Notes under the pieces: generated by a model
What the model saw: the letters and a program-made list of their open reading frames with translations, nothing else
Database searches by the model: none
What the model was told of the DNA's origin: nothing
In this document: one piece after another, positions 27,783-36,213 of the stretch
How positions within the stretch are numbered: position 1 is the stretch's first letter
Layout of the letters: the number at the start of each line of letters is the position of its first letter
NCBI GenBank assembly: GCA_964417895.1
Contig: CAYQJS010000014.1
Coordinates: 15,076-79,075 of the forward strand
Direction of reading: 5' to 3'
Length of the DNA: 64,000 nucleotides
DNA from: an uncultured Chloroflexota bacterium
GTDB lineage: Bacteria > Chloroflexota > UBA6077 > SHYK01
Made by a program: the position numbers and the translations under genes

Positions 27783-29911
27783 GCTTCCCGTTCCAGGTAA
27801 TAGGGCACGTCGATCACCACGGTGTTCGGCCGAAGGAACAGGTGGAACTTGAGCCGGAGGGCCGTCTGGTTGTGGAGGAAGAACTCCCAGAAATGGCGGG
27901 GGACGAACTCAGGAAGCACGACCGTGATCGGCTGGTCAGGTTGCTGCTGGGCCGCGGCGTCGACGTATGCCAGGAGCGGTGGTATCAGAGCGCGGTAGGG
28001 TGATTCGACCACCACAAGCGGCACATCGAGGCCGGCCTGCTCCCAGCGCCTCCTGATGTGTTCTGCCTCATGGGGGTCGTCCGTCACGTGCACGGCTATG
28101 ACGTCGGCTGAGATCGAGCGGGCGAAGCCGAGTGCCTCGTGGGTCGCCCGATCCAGCCGGCTCACTGGAACAACGACGTGCGGGGGGTCGCGTTGGGGCA
28201 GGAGTGTCTCGGGCCAGTCGATGGTGAGGGCGTCCTCCACGCTGCGGTAGTGGCGCTGGATCGCCCACATCATCGCAATGAGCAACGGAATGAGGATGAG
28301 AATCATCCACGCGCCGAGGCCGAACTTGGCCACGCCGACCACTGCCGCGACGACGCCAGTGGTGAGGGCGCCGAGGCCATTGAGCGTTGCTCGCCACTGC
28401 CACGCGCGCTCCGCGTCGCGGAGCCGCCACCAGTGCCGCACCATGCCCGTCTGGCTGAGAGTAAAGGCGACAAACACCCCCACCGTGTAGAGGGGGATCA
28501 GGTTGGTGACGCTGCCCTGGAAGGCGACGATCAGGGCAGCGGCCAGCACAGCGAGGACCACGATGCCGACGCTGAAGGCCAGGCGGTCGCCCCGGTACAC
28601 GAACTGGCGCGGCAGGTAGCGGTCCGCGGCCAGGATGCTTGCCAGCCGGGGGAACCCTGCAAACGCCGTGTTGGCGGCCAGGACCAGCAGCAACGCGGTG
28701 GCGAGCTGAACCAGGTAGTGATAGGGAGTGCCCTCACCGACCAGCACCCGCGTCAGCTGGCTAACCAGCGTCTCGTGCTCGGAGGGATCGGGCATGATCC
28801 CCAGCTGCCCGGCGAGGAAGCTCATCCCCAGGAAAATCGACGCAAAGCACGAGCCCATGACGACCAGCACGATCCGGGCGTTGTGGGACTCTGGAGGCTT
28901 GAAGGCGGGCACTCCGTTGGACACCGCCTCTGTTCCGGTCAGTGCGACCGATCCCGAGGCGAACGCCCGGATTAGAAGCAGTGGGCCGAGCACTTCGGCC
29001 CCGTGTGCGTCGATTCGTTCGATGGTTGGCGCATAGAGGGGAAGGTTGGCGCTGGCGAAGAGCAGCAGCCCGTATGCGAGGAGGCCGAAGATCGCCACGA
29101 GATAGACGTACGTCGGTGCGGCGAAGAGAGTGCCGCTCTCGCGGATGCCGCGCAGATTGCCGAGACAAAGCAATGCCACGAAGGCCACGCCCAAGGCCAC
29201 CCTGTGCTCGAACAGGGCCGGGAAAAGCGATGTGAGCGCAGCCACGCCAGCAGCGACGGAGACTGCTACCGTGAGGACGTAATCGGTCAGGAGCGCGGCC
29301 GCCGCAGTCGTCCCAGCGAGCGGGCCGAGGTTCGAGCTGGCCACGATGTAGGACCCGCCACCGCCCGGGTAAGCCCTGATGATTTGCTGGTAGCTGGTGA
29401 CGACGATAGCCAGCACGACGACGATGGCGAGGGTGATGGGCATCGTCAGCACGAGGGCCCCGGCCCCCGCTAACACCAGGACGCGCATGATCTCCTCGGT
29501 AGCGTAGGCCGAGGACGAGATGTTGTCGGAGGCGAATACGGCGAGCCCCTTCGCCTTCCCCACGCGCTCCTGGGTCTCTAGCTCACTGGGTATCCTGCGT
29601 CCGACCGCGATGCGATGCAGCTCCTCGAACGCCCGGCCCAGCGCGCTCTTCGGCGCGAGCACGCGCTCCGTGGCGACCAGGTAACCCGGCCCCTCCCGCG
29701 TGAATGGCCGCCCGCGCGGACGGACGATGCGGACGTAGCGGTCACCGGGGAGGTGTCCTGCCTGGAGCCGCTCCGGCTGTAGATCGGGGGCCGACCGGCG
29801 GGCTATATCGTCGCGGTGCGTCGGCGCCGCGGACACGCCCGCTTGGCCTGGGCCGGGCCTGTCGTGGCTGTGCTCCTCCCCGACATCCGAGCTCTGGCGA
29901 GCATCGGCCAT
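27779..29911 (-). CDS. kimA: KimA-type K+/H+ symporter (APC-superfamily fold with cytosolic C-terminal domain)
   Basis: Blocks match my recollection of B. subtilis KimA (YdaO): 'SSSAYATEEI', 'SYQQIIRAYPGGGGSYIV', 'TDYVLTVAVSVAAG', 'ALTGTEAVSNGVPAFKPP', 'LVLAANTAFAGFP', 'YRGDRLAFSVGI', 'LIPLYTVGVFVAFTLSQTGM', 'VIAVHV', 'LHNQTAL'. It has an additional ~110-aa N-terminal tail. Confidence 0.75.
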   Translation of the reverse strand: MADARQSSDVGEEHSHDRPGPGQAGVSAAPTHRDDIARRSAPDLQPERLQAGHLPGDRYVRIVRPRGRPFTREGPGYLVATERVLAPKSALGRAFEELHRIAVGRRIPSELETQERVGKAKGLAVFASDNISSSAYATEEIMRVLVLAGAGALVLTMPITLAIVVVLAIVVTSYQQIIRAYPGGGGSYIVASSNLGPLAGTTAAAALLTDYVLTVAVSVAAGVAALTSLFPALFEHRVALGVAFVALLCLGNLRGIRESGTLFAAPTYVYLVAIFGLLAYGLLLFASANLPLYAPTIERIDAHGAEVLGPLLLIRAFASGSVALTGTEAVSNGVPAFKPPESHNARIVLVVMGSCFASIFLGMSFLAGQLGIMPDPSEHETLVSQLTRVLVGEGTPYHYLVQLATALLLVLAANTAFAGFPRLASILAADRYLPRQFVYRGDRLAFSVGIVVLAVLAAALIVAFQGSVTNLIPLYTVGVFVAFTLSQTGMVRHWWRLRDAERAWQWRATLNGLGALTTGVVAAVVGVAKFGLGAWMILILIPLLIAMMWAIQRHYRSVEDALTIDWPETLLPQRDPPHVVVPVSRLDRATHEALGFARSISADVIAVHVTDDPHEAEHIRRRWEQAGLDVPLVVVESPYRALIPPLLAYVDAAAQQQPDQPITVVLPEFVPRHFWEFFLHNQTALRLKFHLFLRPNTVVIDVPYYLEREA

Positions 29912-29961
29912 ACGCGTTGAACTCCCGATGCGAGGACGCTTCAGTTTCCGTAGGAAACTGT

Positions 29962-30023
29962 CGTTGATTTGCCATCAACGGGGGATCAACGTTCATCGAA
30001 GTCGACTCAACGTTCGCTCAACG
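29962..30023 (-). promoter_or_regulatory. Cluster of CGTTGA hexamer repeats in the kdpE-kimA intergenic region (candidate response-regulator boxes)
   Basis: On the + strand TCAACG occurs at 29975, 29986, 30007 and 30018 (spacings 11, 21, 11 nt). The inverted form CGTTGA occurs at 29962 and 29915. Confidence 0.4.
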
Positions 30024-30085
30024 TTTTGGGGGGAGTAGATAAGAGAGCGGTCGGAGTGCCGGGGAGAGTGCGCAGCCCGGCTGGG

Positions 30086-30787
30086 TCAGGCGTCCTCGGC
30101 CAGCAGTCGATAGCCGACGCCGGGCTCGGTCATCAGGTAGCGGGGGTTCCGCGGGTCGGGCTCGATCTTCTTTCGCAGGCGAGCCACGTACACGTGCAGA
30201 TAGTGGCCTTCGTCGCCATAGGCCGGCCCCCATACCTGCCGGAGGAGCATGCGATCCGTGAGCACCTTGTTGGGGTGGCTGGCCAGCGCCTTGAGTAAGT
30301 CGTACTCGGTGGGGGTCAGGTGAACGTCGCGCCCATCGACGGTCACGCGCCGCCGCTCGAAGTCCATCTCCAGCCCCGCTGTGCGGAAGACCGGGGCGGC
30401 GCCGATAGGTGGCCGAGCTACATGGCGCAGCGCGACGCGAACGCGGGCGAGCAGCTCGTCCACGCCGAACGGCTTGGTCAGGTAATCATCAGCGCCCACG
30501 TCGAGGGCCGCCACCTTATCCCGCTCAGCGGTCCGGGCCGAGAGGACGACGATGGGGGTGCTGGAGTAGCCCCGAATCTCACGGCACAGCTCGACACCGT
30601 CCGTATCCGGGAGTGCCAGATCGAGCAGAATCAAGTCCGGGTGCCACGCCAGGAGCGCGCGGGCCTGCTGCCCGTTTTCGGCCGTCTCGATCTGAAAGCC
30701 GTGTGCCGTCAAGTTCGTCCTGACGGCGCGGAGGATCGCCGGCTCGTCGTCCACCACCAGAATGCGTGCGCCAGCCGGCCGGCTCAT
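30086..30787 (-). CDS. kdpE: OmpR-family response regulator, KdpE-like
   Basis: 'ILVVDDEPAI...LILLDLALPDTDG...VLSARTAERDKVAALDVGADDYLTKPFGVDELLARVR' is the KdpE-type receiver pattern, with a winged-helix C-terminus. It overlaps the kinase stop by 4 nt. Confidence 0.8.
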   Translation of the reverse strand: MSRPAGARILVVDDEPAILRAVRTNLTAHGFQIETAENGQQARALLAWHPDLILLDLALPDTDGVELCREIRGYSSTPIVVLSARTAERDKVAALDVGADDYLTKPFGVDELLARVRVALRHVARPPIGAAPVFRTAGLEMDFERRRVTVDGRDVHLTPTEYDLLKALASHPNKVLTDRMLLRQVWGPAYGDEGHYLHVYVARLRKKIEPDPRNPRYLMTEPGVGYRLLAEDA

Positions 30788-32367
30788 GGGGGGAGCGAAT
30801 CGGGGGGCGGTGGGGTGCTGGGACCGGCGAGGGGCAGGGTGAAGATCACACTCCCCCCGGTCGCCCGGTTCTCGGCCCGGATGCGGCCGCCGTGGGCCTC
30901 AACTAGCCCGCGCGCCACTGCCAGACCCAGCCCGGTGCTCATCCGGATCGGCTGCTCCTCTCCTCGGTAGAAAGGCTCGAACAGGCGAGGGAGAGCCGCG
31001 GCCGGGAACCCGGGCCCGTGATCGGCGACCTCTACCTGGATAGTCTCACTCTTCTGACGGGCGCGCACGCCTATCTCGGCTCCCGGCGGCGTATATCTGC
31101 AGGCATTTTCCACCAGGTTCGAGAGGACCTGGTCGATCTGGAGGTAGTCCAGGGGGACAAAGGGCAGATCATCCGGCACATCCACCACCACGGTGCGCCC
31201 CGAGGTCACCGGCCGCAGGCGGCCGAGCACGTCGCCAACGAGCGCGCCGAGGTCGTGCCACTCCTTGTCGCAGCGCAGGCTTCCAGCTTCGATTCGGGAC
31301 AGGTCCAACAGGTTGCCGACGATGCGATTGAGTCGACTAGCCTCCTGTTCGATGGCCTCGGCGAGCTCTCGGACCTGCTCGTCCGTCCAGGCGACGTCCT
31401 GCCGCAAGCTCCCCGCCGAGGCGATGATCGATGCGAGCGGGGTCCGCAGATCGTGGGAGACCGCGTTGAGAAGCGCGGTCTTCAGCTCGTCCGCCCGGCG
31501 CACCACTTCCGCGTCGGTCGCTTCCTCGTGGAGGCGCGCGCGCTCGACGCCCTGGCCCAGCTGCACTGCCACGGTCGTCAGCAGCCGATTCTCCGCCTCA
31601 CTGAAGGGCGCCTTTCCCTGGCCCGGTACCAGCGTGAGCGACCCCAGGCGACGGCCGCCGTACAGGATCGGGACCATGTGGAGCTGGTTGCGAGGCCCAC
31701 GCGAGAGAGCAGCAGTGACCGCTGGAGGAATAACTCGCACCCATCGCGCGCGAGGCCGCCGGGGGTGGTCCTGCAGATCCATGGCCGCCTCGGCGAGCAC
31801 GCGAAGAGGCCCCGTGCCGCCGGACTGGACGGCAGGGAACGCGGAGGTGTCGCCGGCCACCGTCCGAAGCCGCCCCGCCCCGTCGCCGATCTCGATGGCG
31901 ACAGCACGCAGGTCCAGCTCGTGTCGTAGCCGCTCCGCGGCTTCACGGAGCGCCTCATCCAGCTGGGGATTTGCGATGGAACGGACGGTGTCGTAAAGGA
32001 CGAGGGCTTCGCGCTCGCGATGTTCGGCATCCTCAGCTCGGCGGCGCTGACCGGCCGCCAGTTGGCCGGTGACCGTGGCGGCAAACAGAAACACCAGCAG
32101 CGCCACCCACTCCTCCGGGTTGCCAACGGTGAGCGTGTGTACGGGCTCGACGAAAAACCAGTTCATGGCCACGAAGGCTGCGACTGAGGTGACTACCGCT
32201 GGCCAGCCACCGAACCGGCTCGCGACAGCGAGCACGACGACCAGATACAGCAAGGAGCTGGTGCCGATGTGGAGTTTCGGCTCAATGCCGATGAGGACGC
32301 TGACGACCGCGACTCCGGCGAGGCCGACAGCTAGCCCCGTGAGCAGGGTTCGCGGTCGGACGATCAT
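30784..32367 (-). CDS. kdpD: KdpD-like sensor histidine kinase lacking the N-terminal KdpD/Usp sensor module (DUF4118-GAF-HisKA-HATPase)
   Basis: 527 aa with an N-terminal 4-TM DUF4118-like domain, 'LLNAVSHDLRTPLASI' (H-box) and 'DHGPGFP...GLGLAVARGLVEAHGG'. The cytosolic ~380-aa KdpD_N/Usp part is absent. Confidence 0.75.
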   Translation of the reverse strand: MIVRPRTLLTGLAVGLAGVAVVSVLIGIEPKLHIGTSSLLYLVVVLAVASRFGGWPAVVTSVAAFVAMNWFFVEPVHTLTVGNPEEWVALLVFLFAATVTGQLAAGQRRRAEDAEHREREALVLYDTVRSIANPQLDEALREAAERLRHELDLRAVAIEIGDGAGRLRTVAGDTSAFPAVQSGGTGPLRVLAEAAMDLQDHPRRPRARWVRVIPPAVTAALSRGPRNQLHMVPILYGGRRLGSLTLVPGQGKAPFSEAENRLLTTVAVQLGQGVERARLHEEATDAEVVRRADELKTALLNAVSHDLRTPLASIIASAGSLRQDVAWTDEQVRELAEAIEQEASRLNRIVGNLLDLSRIEAGSLRCDKEWHDLGALVGDVLGRLRPVTSGRTVVVDVPDDLPFVPLDYLQIDQVLSNLVENACRYTPPGAEIGVRARQKSETIQVEVADHGPGFPAAALPRLFEPFYRGEEQPIRMSTGLGLAVARGLVEAHGGRIRAENRATGGSVIFTLPLAGPSTPPPPDSLPP

Positions 32368-32530
32368 CGGTCAGCTAATGGGTCTTTCGCCCGCATGGTT
32401 TTCGGCAGTCGGCCCCCAACGCGCAATTATCGGCCACCAACGAATTGACAGTGCCCGCTCCCGAACCGTAGCATATGTGCTGTAGGCGGTGGGCCCGGCC
32501 TTCCGGCCCCGAGTCTCGCCTGCGGTGCAG

Positions 32531-33889
32531 ATGGACACAGGCTTACGCCTGTTGGCGGTGCTCCTCTTGGTCGCCGCCAACGGGTTCTTCGTCGCCGCTG
32601 AGTTCGCGCTCGTCACATCGCGTAAGACGCGCATTGAGCAGTTCGCGTCCCGAGGGAACCGGGCGGCGCTCGCGGTTCGCCGGGCCATCGAGAATCCCAA
32701 CAAATTCATCTCCGCGTGCCAGTTGGGCATCACGATGGCTAGCCTCGCCCTCGGCTGGATCGGCGAAGGGACGGTTGCCGCCCTGGTCGAGCCGGCGTTC
32801 GCCGCCCTCATTCCAGTCGAGGTTCTGGGTCTGACGTCGCACGCCGTGGCCGTGCCCGTGGCGTTCGCTGCGATCACGTTCCTCCACATCACCCTCGGCG
32901 AGCAGGTCCCGAAGATGGTTGCGCTCCAGAGGGGCGAGGCCACCGCCATGTTCACGGTTCAGCCGACGAACCTGTTCGGCTTGGCGTTCCGTTTCTTCAT
33001 CCGGCTGCTCGAGGCGTTCACCAATCTGGTCCTCCGGGTACTGGGCATTCGTTGGCAGGCGGCGATGTACCAGAGCTACTCGACTGAGGACCTGAAACTG
33101 CTGATCCAGTCGAGCCGCGCATCCGGAGCGATGGCTGCCGACCCGGAGCAGCTCGTCGAGCGAGCGCTCGACTTCGCGCGGCTGGCCGCCCATCACGTGA
33201 TGGTGCCCCGGACCGAGATGGTGGCCGTGCCCGCCGACGTGTCCCTGGAGCGGCTGGCGGACGTGATGGCCAGGCACCAGCACTCCCGCTATCCGGTGTT
33301 CGAGGGCGGGCCGGACAACGTCATTGGTGTGCTCTCCGCGAAGCAGCTCGCGGCGGGCGTGGCCCGAGCGCCGGGTGCGGTGGCGGATCGCTTCGACGTG
33401 CGCCAGTACACCAGCGTGCCGCTGTTCGTGCCCGAGACGATGCACACGGACAAGCTTCTGGCGGAAATGAAGCGCAACCGCATCCACCTGGCCGTCGTCG
33501 TCGACGAGTACGGCGTCACAGCCGGACTCGTGACGTTGCGCGACCTGCTCGATCGCATCGCGGGGGAGGTGCGCGACGAGGCGGAGCTCGAGCCCCCCAT
33601 GGTGGATCGGCAGGAGGATGGATCCGCCATCGTGGACGGCCTCTCCCTCATCACGGATCTCGAGGGTGACCTCGGAATCACTTTCGGCGAGTCGGACTAC
33701 GACACGCTCGGGGGCTTTATCTTCGGGACACTCGGGCGTCGCCCCTCCATCGGGGACGCAGTCGCCCTCAACGGCCAGACCTTCATCGTCGAGGAGCTGG
33801 ACGGGCTGCGAGTGTCCCGAGTGCGCATTCGCGCTCTCGGGAGCGCAGCCCAGGAGACGCGAGCCGCAGCGCCTGCGGACACCTCCTGA
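32531..33889 (+). CDS. CNNM/HlyC-CorC family transporter (DUF21 + CBS pair + CorC_HlyC)
   Basis: It has 'ANGFFVAAEFALV' (DUF21), a CBS pair and a C-terminal 'GGFIFGTLGRRPSIGD...VEELDGLRVSRVRI'. The start is either 32531 (ATG) or 32489. Confidence 0.8.
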   Translation: MDTGLRLLAVLLLVAANGFFVAAEFALVTSRKTRIEQFASRGNRAALAVRRAIENPNKFISACQLGITMASLALGWIGEGTVAALVEPAFAALIPVEVLGLTSHAVAVPVAFAAITFLHITLGEQVPKMVALQRGEATAMFTVQPTNLFGLAFRFFIRLLEAFTNLVLRVLGIRWQAAMYQSYSTEDLKLLIQSSRASGAMAADPEQLVERALDFARLAAHHVMVPRTEMVAVPADVSLERLADVMARHQHSRYPVFEGGPDNVIGVLSAKQLAAGVARAPGAVADRFDVRQYTSVPLFVPETMHTDKLLAEMKRNRIHLAVVVDEYGVTAGLVTLRDLLDRIAGEVRDEAELEPPMVDRQEDGSAIVDGLSLITDLEGDLGITFGESDYDTLGGFIFGTLGRRPSIGDAVALNGQTFIVEELDGLRVSRVRIRALGSAAQETRAAAPADTS

Positions 33890-33954
33890 AAATCTGCTAT
33901 GATCGCGCCTGGCTCCACTCCATACCCTCTGACGAGATCCAGCGAGAGGACGCC

Positions 33955-34977
33955 GTGAACCTGCGACACCTCGAAGTCTTCTGCGCAGTCGTGGACTGTG
34001 AGAGCTTCAGCGCGGCGGCCGAGCGGCTCATCATGACGCAGCCCGCTGTGAGCATGCAGGTGCAGGTAGTCGAGCGCCATTTCGGCGTGCAGCTCCTGGA
34101 GCGGCGCCGTCGTCGCGTCGTCCCAACCGAAGCTGGCTATGCTGCCCATCGCTGGGCGTGCGACGTGCTGCGCACCGAGGCCGCTACACGCCAGGTCATC
34201 GATGGACTGAAGCACGCGGAGAGCGGGCGCGTGGTCCTGGGCGCGAGCATGACCATCGGTAGCTACCTGCTTCCCCCTATCCTCGGACGCTTCAAGCGCG
34301 AGCACCCGGGCGCCGAGATCGTCGTGCGACTGGCCGACCGCGACGTCGTCTGCGGAGACATCCTCTCGGGAGCCGTCGACTTCGGCATCCTGATCGCGCG
34401 GGGTATTCCCCCCGGCCTGGAAGTAGACGTCGTCGGCACCGACGAGATGGTCTTCATCTGCGCTCCATCCCACCGCCTGGCACGCCGCCGACGCGTGTCG
34501 ATGGCCGAGCTTGCCAATGAGGCATTCATCCTCGCGCCCAAGGGCTCGAGCTACCGCAAGGTGATCGACGAGGTGTTGGCCCAGCACGGACTCGAGAAGG
34601 TCTCGGTACACATGGAGCTGGATAGCGACGAGGGCCTCAAGCGAGGTGTGCTCCAGGGCCTCGGAATAGGGCTCGGGCTGCGAAGCGCCGTCGAGTGGGA
34701 GCTGGAGCAAGGGGTGATCACCGAGGTCCCGGTGGACTCGGCCCCGCTGCTAGTGGACGTGGGGCTCATCTATCACACGCGCCAGCGAGAATCGCCGATG
34801 CTCGAAGCTTTTCGCGGGTATCTCAGCGATCAGCTTCGTGAGCATTTCAGCGGGCGCAGCGGAGCCGCGGCGAGCCTGCCGCCTCGAGGAAACGGGCATG
34901 GGTTGCTCCTCGACGGCAAAAACTCAACGAAGACTGGAAAGGAACAAGGTGAAGCAGGACCTCAGAAACCTCCGTGA
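33955..34977 (+). CDS. LysR-family transcriptional regulator
   Basis: The N-terminal HTH reads 'LRHLEVFCAVVDCESFSAAAERLIMTQPAVSMQVQVVERHFG', followed by a LysR substrate-binding domain and an unusually long Gly/Lys-rich tail. Confidence 0.8.
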   Translation: MNLRHLEVFCAVVDCESFSAAAERLIMTQPAVSMQVQVVERHFGVQLLERRRRRVVPTEAGYAAHRWACDVLRTEAATRQVIDGLKHAESGRVVLGASMTIGSYLLPPILGRFKREHPGAEIVVRLADRDVVCGDILSGAVDFGILIARGIPPGLEVDVVGTDEMVFICAPSHRLARRRRVSMAELANEAFILAPKGSSYRKVIDEVLAQHGLEKVSVHMELDSDEGLKRGVLQGLGIGLGLRSAVEWELEQGVITEVPVDSAPLLVDVGLIYHTRQRESPMLEAFRGYLSDQLREHFSGRSGAAASLPPRGNGHGLLLDGKNSTKTGKEQGEAGPQKPP

Positions 34978-35647
34978 AGAGCTGCTGGACGCCTCGCTCA
35001 TCATTGATAACCAGGAGCTGGTGAAGGGATACGGCCACGTGAGCGCGCGCATCCCCGGCAGGGATGCGATGCTCATGACCCCCAGGCGAGGGCCCGGGCT
35101 CCTGGAGGACCCGGATGAGATGATCGTCCTCGATTTTCACGGCAAGCTCCTCGAGGGCGATGGGGCTGTCGCTATCGAGGCGGTCATGCATGGAGCCATC
35201 TACCGCGCGCGGCCTGACGTGTCCGGGATGGTGCGCACGCACTCGAAATACGCCAACGTCCTGAGCATCCTGGGAAAACCGCACCGCGCCGTGCACGGGT
35301 TCGGTACGTTCCTCGGGATGGAGGTACCTGTCTTCCCGAAGCCCTTCCTCATTACGGACGAGCAGCTCGCCAGTGAGCTGGTGGCTGTGCTGGGCAAGGC
35401 CGAGGCCGTTCTCGTCCGCGGCAATGGCAACATCATCGTGGGCCGATCGGTACCCGAGGCAACAGTGAAGGCCATCTTCCTGGAAGAGGCCTGCGAGCTG
35501 CACTACCTGGCGCTTTGCGCTGGTGAGCCCATCTATTACACGCCGGAAGATCTGGCCGTACGCAGCAACCCCGGCTATGACCACTTCGGCCGCGCGTGGG
35601 AGTACTACCGAGAGCGGCTCTTCATGGACCTGGAATCCGAGGACTAA
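34898..35647 (+). CDS. Class II aldolase/adducin-family protein
   Basis: It has 'GYGHVSARIP', 'AVMHGAIYRARPD' and 'VRTHSKYANVL'. The start is uncertain (ATG 34898 or GTG 34949), and both overlap the LysR 3' end. Confidence 0.75.
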   Translation: MGCSSTAKTQRRLERNKVKQDLRNLREELLDASLIIDNQELVKGYGHVSARIPGRDAMLMTPRRGPGLLEDPDEMIVLDFHGKLLEGDGAVAIEAVMHGAIYRARPDVSGMVRTHSKYANVLSILGKPHRAVHGFGTFLGMEVPVFPKPFLITDEQLASELVAVLGKAEAVLVRGNGNIIVGRSVPEATVKAIFLEEACELHYLALCAGEPIYYTPEDLAVRSNPGYDHFGRAWEYYRERLFMDLESED

Positions 35648-35673
35648 CGGCCGTGGCGATCTCCGAACGGACG

Positions 35674-36213
35674 ATGACCCTCGAGGCGTTTCTCGAGCTG
35701 CCCGAGAAGAAGCCCGCGCTCGAGTTCGAAGATGGGGTGGTACGGCAGAAGGTGCCCCCGCGAGGTAAGCACGTAGGGCTCCAGGTTGCGTTCTGTGAGA
35801 TCTTCAATCGCGTAGGGCGGCCCAAGAAGATCGCTCTGGCATTCTCGGAGCTGCGCACGACGTTCGCCGGCTTCTCGCGGGTGCCCGATGTGGCCCTCTA
35901 CCTCTGGGATCGCATTCCCCGTGATAGCGCCGGCAAGGTAGCGGACGATTTTCGCGAGCCACCCGACATCGCCGTCGAGATCATCTCGCCGGGCCAGACG
36001 AGCAACCGTATGGTCCGCCGCTGCCTCTGGTTCGTCGAGAATGGAGTCAGGGCCGCCCTGCTGGTCGATCCGTACGACGAGTCGATTCTCATGTTCCGCC
36101 CCCACCGCGCCATGGTCGCGCTGCACGGAGCTGACCAGATCGAGCTGGGCGACATCCTGCCGGGATTCACATTGACGGTGGAAGAGGTCTTCGGCGCGCT
36201 CCTCCTCTCTTGA
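35674..36213 (+). CDS. Uma2-family (DUF820) putative endonuclease
   Basis: It has 'LEAFLELPEKKPALEFEDG', 'VPDVALY' and 'PPDIAVEIISPG', which are Uma2 signature blocks. Confidence 0.75.
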   Translation: MTLEAFLELPEKKPALEFEDGVVRQKVPPRGKHVGLQVAFCEIFNRVGRPKKIALAFSELRTTFAGFSRVPDVALYLWDRIPRDSAGKVADDFREPPDIAVEIISPGQTSNRMVRRCLWFVENGVRAALLVDPYDESILMFRPHRAMVALHGADQIELGDILPGFTLTVEEVFGALLLS

